From NCBI GenBank assembly GCA_029856145.1, contig JAHQWK010000001.1:384001-448000 (forward strand): a stretch of DNA of 64,000 nucleotides, in the 5' to 3' direction. Positions 10,725-20,054 of the stretch are shown in pieces; the stretch's first letter is position 1; each line of letters starts with the position of its first letter. The position numbers were made by a program, and so were the translations under genes. The stretch is from Promethearchaeia archaeon (lineage in GTDB: Archaea; Asgardarchaeota; Lokiarchaeia; Sigyniarchaeales; SOKP01). The notes below the pieces were generated by a model. The model was not told the DNA's origin. It did not search any database and saw only the letters and a list, made by a program, of their open reading frames with translations.

Positions 10725-10955
10725 TTAGAAATATAACCGGCAACGAATACTAACAAGATCTTCTTTTTTTATAGAGTAAATATTCTTTCCATGTTCTTTT
10801 CTGAAATAATGCTCATTTGGATCGATGCCTTTTACGACTCTAAAAAATACTCTTTTATCATGAATCCACAGATGATCTACCATCAAATCGATTTTATCAT
10901 TTGTACCAGTGCTATATATCTGGAAAGCTGAAAATTGTTGTATTTTTGACTCCAT
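10725..10955 (-). CDS. Small hypothetical protein
   Basis: 76-aa ATG ORF with protein-like composition. Confidence 0.65.
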   Translation of the reverse strand: MESKIQQFSAFQIYSTGTNDKIDLMVDHLWIHDKRVFFRVVKGIDPNEHYFRKEHGKNIYSIKKEDLVSIRCRLYF

Positions 10956-11417
10956 ACTTTTTATTATTATTATAAATTTAAGTCAATGCTTTTAAAAAAA
11001 AATTAAATCAAAATTATTTTAGTACAATTACAAATAAAATTAATTGTGGTGCGTCTCCATATTTTTTTTTTAATTTTTGTCACCCTCCTCCCTATGGCAT
11101 CGGTACCACAAAATTTTGTATACTCTAATGTAGAAACTCTAGCATGTAAAAAGTATCGTGCGTTTTTTCGAGTTTTATAAGTGAATCTCAAATTTAATAT
11201 TTAAATTCCACTAAATTTATTTTAAAAAATAATGAAATGAGTAGATCTACTGAAATAATTGAAATTGTTTATTAAAAAAACTTATTGAGCCATTTGGGGT
11301 TTTTTGAAAACCTTTAAAATAAATTAGAAAGAAATTTTAATGGAGAAGAAAATTTTAAAGTTGTTATCGTTTATACAAACTTAGATTAATTAAGTTTTAT
11401 AAGAGCAAAATGTATTT

Positions 11418-12677
11418 ATGAAAAATTTAAAAAATATATTATTTATTGTTATAGACTGCTTACGGGCGGATTATATTTATGAAGCTAATAAAAGTCATAT
11501 TCCTAACATAAATGAAATAAAGAAGAATGGTTTTTCCTTTCTAAATACAATAGCGACTACTTCTACAACAACACCCTCCTTTTCTAGTCTACTTACCGGA
11601 TTATACCCTTTTGAAAGTGGTGTGAGGAGTCACTCTGGTTATGCGTTAAATAAAAACGTCATCACTTACCCTGAAATTTTAAAAAAGAATGGATATCATA
11701 CTTATGCTGAAGTAACAGGACCAGTAAGACAAGAAATCGGATTAGATAAAGGTTTTGATGAATTCAATTATAGGAATCGAGATAAAACAATTCATACAGA
11801 GTGGGGTAAATTTTTAATAAAGAAATTTGAATCTGATTATAAAAAACCATGGTTTGTTCTTCTGCATATTTGGGCGCTTCATGAACCTAGGATTGTTTTA
11901 AATCAACTTAATTATGAAAAATATGGAAAAACAAAATATGCTAGAGCAATTTCTAGCATAGATAAATATTTAGGTGAACTTTTTAATGTTTTGAGAGATG
12001 ATACTATAATATTATTAACAGGAGATCATGGAGAACAAATTTCACGTTCAAGAATCGAAAGAAAAGCAAAAAATATTATAGAAAAATGCGTTAAATCCTT
12101 AAAAAAATATAATATTTTTAAAATTCCATATTCTAAAATAATAAGACCTATTCATGTTGGCCATGGGTATAGTATTTATGATGTATTAGTTAAAGTTCCA
12201 TTAATATTTTATAATAAAGAGATAATTCCTAATAATAAATCAAATGTACAGATCAGGCATATAGATATTTTTCCAACAATTTTAGATTTAGTTAATATAA
12301 AAACCGATAATGAAGTTACTGGAAAAACCGTAATGCCAATAATAGAAGGAAAAGAATTTTCACATAGAGATGCCTATCTAGAAGCTGTAGGTATAAATAT
12401 TCCCAAAAAAGAAGATTGGTTAGTTGGACTCCGTGTTGCTAATAAATATAAATATATCATGTCTCCATTTAAGAAAAATTTTAAAGAAGAATTATATTTA
12501 TTAGAAAAAGATCCTTTTGAAAAACGAAATGTTGCTCCTAATTATCCTCAATTAATTGAAAAGTTTAAGAAGAAAATCGAAAAACTGAAATTTAAAGAAT
12601 TTGTTGGGGAAAGGTTAAAAAAAGAAGAACAAGATAAAATTATAGATCGGTTAAGAGCTCTAGGATATGTCGATTAA
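11418..12677 (+). CDS. Sulfatase-like / alkaline phosphatase superfamily hydrolase
   Basis: IDCLRAD, TTPSFSSLLTGLYP, HEP, TGDHGE, GHG, VPLI, DIFPTIL, DPFEKRN, LRALGY. Confidence 0.88.
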   Translation: MKNLKNILFIVIDCLRADYIYEANKSHIPNINEIKKNGFSFLNTIATTSTTTPSFSSLLTGLYPFESGVRSHSGYALNKNVITYPEILKKNGYHTYAEVTGPVRQEIGLDKGFDEFNYRNRDKTIHTEWGKFLIKKFESDYKKPWFVLLHIWALHEPRIVLNQLNYEKYGKTKYARAISSIDKYLGELFNVLRDDTIILLTGDHGEQISRSRIERKAKNIIEKCVKSLKKYNIFKIPYSKIIRPIHVGHGYSIYDVLVKVPLIFYNKEIIPNNKSNVQIRHIDIFPTILDLVNIKTDNEVTGKTVMPIIEGKEFSHRDAYLEAVGINIPKKEDWLVGLRVANKYKYIMSPFKKNFKEELYLLEKDPFEKRNVAPNYPQLIEKFKKKIEKLKFKEFVGERLKKEEQDKIIDRLRALGYVD

Positions 12678-12784
12678 TTAATTTCAATTAAAGTATCTAT
12701 TCTTTTCACATTTACTTTTATATTTTATTTTAAATCTTAAAAATAATTAAATTTATTTTTTATCCAAATTAATAGCAAATATAA

Positions 12785-12869
12785 ATTTATAGATCTCGGT
12801 GATTTGGAGAGTGTGAAATTTCATTCTATAATTATTACACCTTTAAATGACATGTAAAATTCTATAAAT
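12785..12869 (+). promoter_or_regulatory. Long RNA hairpin with a GA/GA (K-turn/SECIS-like) core upstream of the FrhB-like gene
   Basis: ATTTATAGA/TCTATAAAT outer helix; GTGA..TGA core; TTTGGAG/CTTTAAA and GTGTGA/TTACAC inner helices; G-U pairs favour the + strand. Confidence 0.45.
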
Positions 12870-12912
12870 CATTAATTAAAACAATTTTTACCATTACATA
12901 TCTGTTAAATTT

Positions 12913-13869
12913 GTGATTAATAATATGAAAATTGAAAAATCAAGTCAAGATCTCGAAAATGAAGTAATTTATGCAGGACTTTGTATTCATTGTGGCTCTT
13001 GTAACGCATTCTGTCCACATATGGATTTTAATCAAGAAACAGGGGAAGCATATGTAGTAGATGAATGTGCTGAAACTGTAGGGCTCTGCTATAATTCTTG
13101 TCCAAGAAGTTTTTTGCCTATATCAGAGATTGAGATGAAACTTTTTGGGAAAACACGTATCGATTTAGCTGTTGGAGTCTATAGCGATATAGTTCAAGTA
13201 AAATCAAAAAATAAGGATGATATATTATCTAATCTTGTTGTTGCAGGTTTTGAAGCAGGAATTGTAAAACATATGGTCCTAAGCGAAGTTAAAAGTAAAA
13301 AACCTCCTGTGGCATTTCCTATTGTGGTAGATAATGCAAAAGATGCAAAAAAATATATACCAAAGTCTACAATGGAGAATGCAGGTCCCTTAGTTACAGG
13401 AATTGGAAAAGCCTATAAAGACTATAAACGTGATATTGGTATTTTAGCTAATCCTTGTCATCTTCAAGGTCTTGCAAAAATTCTAACGTCGGACTTTAAC
13501 ACAGGAGCAGAACGTACATCATTAAAGATAGCCTATGCGTGTTCTTCAGGGGGATTACCGGGCTGTAAGTACTGTACTGACTTTTCAGGAGAATTCTCAG
13601 ATATTTCATATTCCCCATGGGGCGCTCCAAAAGGTTCAGGTGAAGCTTTTCTTATAATTAGAACTGATGTAGGGCAAAAATTAGTTGATACTGCCGTCAA
13701 AAATAAATTAATTGAAGTTACTGATCCTAATCCAGATTTATCTGAGATGAAGAAGTTTCTAAATAAAAAACGCAAGAAAAATTTCTTAACTCTTTTAAGT
13801 AAGGATTTAATAACAGCTAAATACCTAAATCTTAATGTTGATGAGTTAAAGAATATTCTGGAAGATTAA
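12913..13869 (+). CDS. Coenzyme F420 hydrogenase/dehydrogenase beta-subunit (FrhB/FdhB)-like protein
   Basis: N-terminal ferredoxin CIHCGSCNAFCP and GLCYNSCP; ANPCH; GCKYCTDF...SDIS; IIRTDVG. Confidence 0.85.
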   Translation: MINNMKIEKSSQDLENEVIYAGLCIHCGSCNAFCPHMDFNQETGEAYVVDECAETVGLCYNSCPRSFLPISEIEMKLFGKTRIDLAVGVYSDIVQVKSKNKDDILSNLVVAGFEAGIVKHMVLSEVKSKKPPVAFPIVVDNAKDAKKYIPKSTMENAGPLVTGIGKAYKDYKRDIGILANPCHLQGLAKILTSDFNTGAERTSLKIAYACSSGGLPGCKYCTDFSGEFSDISYSPWGAPKGSGEAFLIIRTDVGQKLVDTAVKNKLIEVTDPNPDLSEMKKFLNKKRKKNFLTLLSKDLITAKYLNLNVDELKNILED

Positions 13870-14048
13870 TAATTTCTTTTTTATTTTTTATTATTATTTT
13901 AACTAATTAACACCACATTTTTTAGAAAATGATAATTTCTTAGCAAATTAAATATAAAATCCGTTCAATCTATTATTTATAGAAAGAAAAATTATTTACG
14001 ATTAAGATTTATTATAATAATATTAATTTTCAATATAAGTTAAATAGA

Positions 14049-14582
14049 ATGTCAAATCGAAAAATTCTCTTTAAAGTCGTTATTGTGGGAGATGGAGGCG
14101 TCGGAAAAAGTACTATGGTACAAAGATTAACAACTGGACAATTCATTCCACAACAAATTACAATTGGAACAGATCTTGCGATCCAAAATATCAGAATCAA
14201 TGAAAAAACCTCGGTAAAACTTCAAATCTGGGATTTCGCAGGAGAACGACGATTTAGAATTTTTTTGCCTAATTACTCTCGAGGTGCAACTGGGTGTTTA
14301 TTATGTTACGATATTACAAGGCGAAGTAGTTTTGATAATTTGGAAGAATGGTACCAAATCGTTAATAATAATGCTGATAATCCTGTATTTATTTTAGTTG
14401 GGGAAAAAGCGGACTTAGCAGATATTAGGAGAAGTGTTGAACTTGACCACGCTAAAGAATTTAAAGAAAAATACAATATTGAGTATTTTATAGAGACTTC
14501 TTCAAAAAGTGGAGAAAATAATAAAAAAATTTTTGAAACCTTAACTCGTACAATATTAAAAAGAAAAGGACATATTAATTAG
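14049..14582 (+). CDS. Rab-like small GTPase
   Basis: GDGGVGKS, TIG, IWDFAG, GEKAD, ETSSK. Confidence 0.93.
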   Translation: MSNRKILFKVVIVGDGGVGKSTMVQRLTTGQFIPQQITIGTDLAIQNIRINEKTSVKLQIWDFAGERRFRIFLPNYSRGATGCLLCYDITRRSSFDNLEEWYQIVNNNADNPVFILVGEKADLADIRRSVELDHAKEFKEKYNIEYFIETSSKSGENNKKIFETLTRTILKRKGHIN

Positions 14583-14624
14583 AATTAGTTAAGCTGTTTT
14601 CTCAACTTGGCAAATAACTTTTTT

Positions 14625-15497
14625 TCATTCGCTTTTTAATTGTTCTTTTATTCTATTATTCAATGCTTTAAGATTTTCAATTATTTTAATTTGAAGGTTT
14701 CTTGGTAATGGCTCGAGAATCTTATCCAATTTCTCTTTACTAATTTTATTGTTAGTTTTATAATTCTTAATTAGGAAAACAATAGTTAAAGTTGGTGAAA
14801 TAATAAGAAATCCATAGAAAAAATAAGAAATTGTTATAATTTGAGAACCAGGAAGGAGTAATTGTATTCCAATAGTACCATAATTTATGAAAAAAAGAGT
14901 TATTATGTTTAGTATGTTTAAAATAATGAAAACGAAAAAAGTGATGTAAGCAACCATCCTAAAATTATTCAATTTTAGAAATGAAAATATATTTCTTAAA
15001 TCTTTAGAAAATGGTAGAGTTGATCTGGCTTCAGTTGTGTCTGTTATAATTTCTATCTTTGTATATTTCCATGAATCAATAAAAATCCAAAAAAAACCAA
15101 ATGTATATAAAAAGATAAGAAATCCTAAAAAATATGAGATATAATTAAGAACTATATGAGGATTATATAATGATTCTCCACCTAACCAAAAAATTAAGAT
15201 TAGTTGGAAAAGCGTACAATAAAATAACCGATTTGCATGTTTTCTTTCTAAACCTAAAGGATTATATACAATAAGACTATTCTTAAACTCAGTTTTCATT
15301 TTATTACTACTAAGAATTCTAAAAAATAATGAAAATGTAAATGTAATTAAAGGAAATAATAATAGGAGTATATTTTCCCCTCCTTGAGCAATGATTAATA
15401 AAAATAGGAAAGTGAACAAACTCGAATCTCTTAAAAGACTCTCAGAGATTAAGGCTCTTAATGATAAATAATGGTTATTATTATTTTTTTCATTCAT
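14625..15497 (-). CDS. Hypothetical integral membrane protein
   Basis: About six hydrophobic segments. Confidence 0.75.
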   Translation of the reverse strand: MNEKNNNNHYLSLRALISESLLRDSSLFTFLFLLIIAQGGENILLLLFPLITFTFSLFFRILSSNKMKTEFKNSLIVYNPLGLERKHANRLFYCTLFQLILIFWLGGESLYNPHIVLNYISYFLGFLIFLYTFGFFWIFIDSWKYTKIEIITDTTEARSTLPFSKDLRNIFSFLKLNNFRMVAYITFFVFIILNILNIITLFFINYGTIGIQLLLPGSQIITISYFFYGFLIISPTLTIVFLIKNYKTNNKISKEKLDKILEPLPRNLQIKIIENLKALNNRIKEQLKSE

Positions 15498-15596
15498 TTT
15501 CTTTATTAAAATATACTTAATAAATAAATTTTTATGATTTCTACTATTCCACTATATAACTTAAACACATTAGTACTGTAATGTTGTGTAGAAATT

Positions 15597-16694
15597 ATGA
15601 ACACTAAACTAACTGATAATAGAAAAACTCCTCTCTACGAGACTCATTTAAACCGTGGCGCTCGTATGGTTAGTTTTGCTGGATGGATGATGCCAGTTCA
15701 ATACGAGAGCATTATAAAAGAGCACGAAGCAGTTCGTTCTAACGCTGGTGTTTTTGACATATCACATATGGGAGAATTTATTCTTGAAGGTAAAGATGTA
15801 ATTGATTTTCTTCAATATGTAATGATAAATGATCTTAATTTATTAGAACCGTCTAAAGGTCAATATTCTTGTATGTGTTATGAAAATGGAACTGTTATTG
15901 ATGATCTCGTTTATTACGAGGAAAATCTAGAGCGTTTTAGAATGATTGTCAATGCAGGTAATATCGAAAAAGACTTCCAGTGGTTAAAAGATCATATTGG
16001 TAAAAAAGACGTAAAAATCACAAACCTTTCAGAGAAAAGAACCCGTGTGGCTTTTCAAGGTCCTAACGCAGATGAATTGCTTCAACCTTTAGTAGATGTA
16101 GATTTATCAAAGATCAATCGATTCTATTTTGTTCATTGCACTATTAAAAACAATCCTGTTTTTCTAGCGAGAACGGGATATACTGGAGAGAGAGGATTTG
16201 AAATATCTTTTGAAAATGTATTTGCAGAAAAAATATGGAATGATTTGATAGAGACCGGAGCTATGCCAGTAGGATTAGGCGCAAGAGATTCTTTGAGATT
16301 AGAAGCATGTTATTCACTTTATGGGCACGAAATAAGTGATTCTATTACTCCTGTTGAAGCGGGCCTTTTTTGGCTAGTGAAGCCTAAGGAGGGAATTGAC
16401 TATATTGGAAAAGAAGTTTTATTGAAACAAAAATCTGAAGGAACAGAAAGAATCTTAGTAGGTCTTAATTTAATTGATAAGGGTATTATTAGAGAGAAAT
16501 ATAAAATCTTTAAGGATGGCAATGATATTGGATTTGTTACCTCTGGTGGGTATTCACCTACGCTTAAAAAAACTATTGGTTTAGGACTTGTAAAAAATCA
16601 ATATAAGAAAGTAGGGACTGAAATAAAAATTGAAATTCGCAATAAACTCTTAAGAGGAGAGATAACAACTACACCATTTTACCGTAATGTGTAA
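15597..16694 (+). CDS. gcvT: Glycine cleavage system T protein (aminomethyltransferase)
   Basis: FAGWMMPVQY, FDISHMGE, RTGYTGERGFE, GLGARDSLRLEA. Confidence 0.97.
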   Translation: MNTKLTDNRKTPLYETHLNRGARMVSFAGWMMPVQYESIIKEHEAVRSNAGVFDISHMGEFILEGKDVIDFLQYVMINDLNLLEPSKGQYSCMCYENGTVIDDLVYYEENLERFRMIVNAGNIEKDFQWLKDHIGKKDVKITNLSEKRTRVAFQGPNADELLQPLVDVDLSKINRFYFVHCTIKNNPVFLARTGYTGERGFEISFENVFAEKIWNDLIETGAMPVGLGARDSLRLEACYSLYGHEISDSITPVEAGLFWLVKPKEGIDYIGKEVLLKQKSEGTERILVGLNLIDKGIIREKYKIFKDGNDIGFVTSGGYSPTLKKTIGLGLVKNQYKKVGTEIKIEIRNKLLRGEITTTPFYRNV

Positions 16695-16730
16695 AAAGAA
16701 CGATTTATAGCGAAGAAAAGGTGAAAATTT

Positions 16731-17126
16731 ATGGATTATGAATGTCCTAATAATTTAAAATACGCTTCAACTCACGAATGGATTAAAATTGAAGATTCAG
16801 TGGCAACAGTTGGAATTACTGATTATGCCCAATATCAATTAGGTGATATTGTATTTGTGGAACTTCCTGAAATTGGTATGGTGTTTGAAAGAGGAAGTAA
16901 TGCGGCAGAAATTGAATCAGTAAAAGCTGTTGGTGATTTAATCATGCCATTATCAGGAGAAATTATTGGTATAAACGAAAATCTCGCTGATAACCCGGAG
17001 AATGTTAATTCATCTCCCTTTGAAAATGGATGGATGATTAAAATCAAGTTTTCTCACCCGAGTGAAATAGATGAGCTTTTATCTGCTGAAAAATATAAAG
17101 AAATAATCCAAAACGAAAAACATTAA
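16731..17126 (+). CDS. gcvH: Glycine cleavage system H protein
   Basis: HEW, VGITDYAQ, lipoyl ESVKA motif. Confidence 0.97.
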   Translation: MDYECPNNLKYASTHEWIKIEDSVATVGITDYAQYQLGDIVFVELPEIGMVFERGSNAAEIESVKAVGDLIMPLSGEIIGINENLADNPENVNSSPFENGWMIKIKFSHPSEIDELLSAEKYKEIIQNEKH

Positions 17127-17156
17127 AATTTTTTTCCTTATTGTTTTATTTAATTT

Positions 17157-18527
17157 TTGAATAATTTAATAACTGAGTTGTTTAAATTGGATTTTGTACC
17201 TCATGATGACAAAACTGTTAAAGAAATGTTAAATGTAATTGGTGTAAAATCTTTACAAGAACTATTTCAAGATGTTCCTAGCGATTTAATTATTGAAAAG
17301 CTTAATTTATCTTCTGGATTATCTGAACCAGATCTTATACGTCAATTGGAAAAAATTTCTCATAAGAATAAAGTATATTCAAGTTCTTTCTTAGGAGCTG
17401 GGTGTTATTTTCATTATATCCCCTCCTTAGTTGATTTTGTGACCTCTCGGTCAGAATTTTATACAGCTTATACACCATATCAAGCTGAAGCTAGCCAAGG
17501 ATATTTACAAGCTATTTATGAATATCAAACAATGATTTCTAGATTAACTCAAATGGATGTTGCTAATGCAAGTATGTATGATGGATCAACCGCTCTTGCT
17601 GAAGCAGCTATCATGTCTACAATTATTACACGGAAGAGTTCTGTAATATTACTTAGAGGAATTCATCCTGAATATGTAGAAGTTATTAGAACCTATTGTT
17701 GGGGACAAAATATTAATATAAAATCTGCAAATGAAGAAAATCTAAAAGATATGTTATCCGACGATGTGGCCGCAGTACTATTTCAAAGTCCTAATTTTTT
17801 TGGTGATATTGAAGATGTTTCTAACATTATAAAAAATGTGAGAGATAATTGCCCTAATTGTTTGATCATTCAAGTAATGACAGATCCAACATGTTTAGGA
17901 GTTTTAAAACCTCCAGGAGCAACTGACGTTGATATCTTTGTCGCTGAAGGACAATCATTTGGTATAACACCTTCTTTTGGTGGACCAGGATTAGGAATCT
18001 TTACTGCTAAACAAAAATATTTAAGAAAGATGCCAGGAAGACTGATTGGAAAAACGAAAGAAATAAATGGTGAAAAAGAAGGATTTATTTTAACATTGCA
18101 AGCACGTGAACAGCATATTCGAAGAGAAAAAGCAAGCTCTAATATATGCACAAACCAAGCATTATGTTCATTAGCAGCACTGACATATCTCTTAGCATTA
18201 GGAAGAACTGGTTTAAAAGAGGTTGCAAAGCAAAATATTCAAAAAACACATTATGTAAAACAAAAACTTAGTGAAATTCCTGGTTATAAAATATTAAATA
18301 AAAAGCCAACATATAATGAGTTTTTAGTCAAATGTCCCGACATTGAATTTTTAATCGAGCAATGTAGACAACAAGAACTTTTACCTCCTTTAAAACTTAC
18401 GAATTATTATCCTGAAATGAAAAGTATCGCCTTAGTATGTGTAACTGAAATGAACTCAAAACAATCAATTAATAATTTCCTTGAAGCCGCTCGTTCTGCT
18501 TCGAAAGATAACGTGGAGGGGCAATAA
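17157..18527 (+). CDS. gcvPA: Glycine dehydrogenase subunit 1
   Basis: FLGAGCY, EFYTAYTPYQAEASQG, NASMYDG, REQHIRREKASSNICTNQ. Confidence 0.97.
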   Translation: MNNLITELFKLDFVPHDDKTVKEMLNVIGVKSLQELFQDVPSDLIIEKLNLSSGLSEPDLIRQLEKISHKNKVYSSSFLGAGCYFHYIPSLVDFVTSRSEFYTAYTPYQAEASQGYLQAIYEYQTMISRLTQMDVANASMYDGSTALAEAAIMSTIITRKSSVILLRGIHPEYVEVIRTYCWGQNINIKSANEENLKDMLSDDVAAVLFQSPNFFGDIEDVSNIIKNVRDNCPNCLIIQVMTDPTCLGVLKPPGATDVDIFVAEGQSFGITPSFGGPGLGIFTAKQKYLRKMPGRLIGKTKEINGEKEGFILTLQAREQHIRREKASSNICTNQALCSLAALTYLLALGRTGLKEVAKQNIQKTHYVKQKLSEIPGYKILNKKPTYNEFLVKCPDIEFLIEQCRQQELLPPLKLTNYYPEMKSIALVCVTEMNSKQSINNFLEAARSASKDNVEGQ

Positions 18528-18529
18528 TC

Positions 18530-19966
18530 GTGTGTTCTAATATTCAATTAATTTTTGAAAAAGAAACTGAGAATGAACTGAAAAATTTTGTACCTCAAAT
18601 GGATATTGATGAAGTTGATATTAATGAAATTTTACCGAATACTCTACAAAGAAAAGATTTACCAATTCCCAATATTCCAGAAGTTGAAATAGTTCGTCAT
18701 TTCATTAATTTAAGTAACAGAAATTATGGAGTAGACTCAGGTATATATCCATTAGGTTCATGCACCATGAAATATAATCCTAAAGTAAACGAAAATATAG
18801 TTAGAATGCCTGAATTTACCTATATTCATCCTTTGCAAGAAGAAAATGATGGTTGTCTTGAATTGCTCTATCACATCTCTAAATTATTAGGAGAAATAAC
18901 CGGTATGGATGGATTTACATTGCAACCGGCAGCTGGAGCTCATGGAGAATTAGTTGGCTTATTAATAATGAAAAAGTATTTTGAGAGTAAAGCTCTTAAA
19001 AAGCTTAAAATTATTGTGCCAGATTCTGCTCATGGAACTAATCCTGCATCGGCAAAAATGGCAGGATTTTCAATTATAGAAATACAATCAAACAAATACG
19101 GAGAGATTCCATTAGATCAATTAGAATTTGCTATGCAGGAAGGTGATGTTGCGGGTATTATGCTTACTAATCCCAATACACTAGGAGTATTTGATAGACA
19201 AATTAAGGAAATCACGAAAATTGTTCATGAAAATAGCGGACTATGCTATTATGATGGGGCAAATATAAATCCAATGTTAGGAATCTGTCGTCCTAGGGAT
19301 ATGGGATTTGATATTATCCATTTAAATTTGCATAAAACGTTTTCCACTCCGCATGGTGGTGGTGGTCCAGGATCAGGACCCATTGGAGTCGTAAATGAAC
19401 TTATTCCTTTTCTTCCTGAACCTTGCTTAATTTCAACTCAGCAAGGGATTGTGTGTAACGAGAACAATGATAAATCAATTGGAAGAATAAAAGCCTTTTG
19501 GGGTAATTTCGGGGTGATTGTTAGAGCATATGCTTATATTTTAGCTCTAGGGGCTGAAGGATTAAAAAGAGTTGGTCAAGTCGCTGTTTTAAACGCTAAT
19601 TATTTAAGAGTTCTCTTGCAAAAGAACTTCAATCTTCCTTTTAACCGAATCTGTCAGCATGAATTTGTACTTTCGGATCGAGGTATGCCTAATGAAGTCA
19701 CGACTGAAGATATTGCAAAACGTATTCTCGATCATGGATTATATGCACCCACAATATATTTTCCATTGATAATCTCTGGTGCTTTAATGATAGAACCTAC
19801 TGAAACTGAGTCAAAAAAATCGTTAGATTATTTTGTGGAAGTAATGAATAAAATATATGAAGAAGCAAAGAATGATCCCGAAATTTTAAAAAATGCACCT
19901 CATAATACCTCTGTTAAACGTTTAGATGCCGTCTTAGCAGCAAGAAACCCAATATTACATGATTAA
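18530..19966 (+). CDS. gcvPB: Glycine dehydrogenase subunit 2
   Basis: PLGSCTMKYNP, QPAAGAHGE, NLHKTFSTPHGGGGPG, EPTETESK. Confidence 0.97.
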   Translation: MCSNIQLIFEKETENELKNFVPQMDIDEVDINEILPNTLQRKDLPIPNIPEVEIVRHFINLSNRNYGVDSGIYPLGSCTMKYNPKVNENIVRMPEFTYIHPLQEENDGCLELLYHISKLLGEITGMDGFTLQPAAGAHGELVGLLIMKKYFESKALKKLKIIVPDSAHGTNPASAKMAGFSIIEIQSNKYGEIPLDQLEFAMQEGDVAGIMLTNPNTLGVFDRQIKEITKIVHENSGLCYYDGANINPMLGICRPRDMGFDIIHLNLHKTFSTPHGGGGPGSGPIGVVNELIPFLPEPCLISTQQGIVCNENNDKSIGRIKAFWGNFGVIVRAYAYILALGAEGLKRVGQVAVLNANYLRVLLQKNFNLPFNRICQHEFVLSDRGMPNEVTTEDIAKRILDHGLYAPTIYFPLIISGALMIEPTETESKKSLDYFVEVMNKIYEEAKNDPEILKNAPHNTSVKRLDAVLAARNPILHD

Positions 19967-20054
19967 CATTATAAATTTTTAAATTTTTAAAGTCTATAAC
20001 AATATAAGTTCTAAAGTAGTATGAAAAATATAATTTAGATTTTGGTGTACAAAA

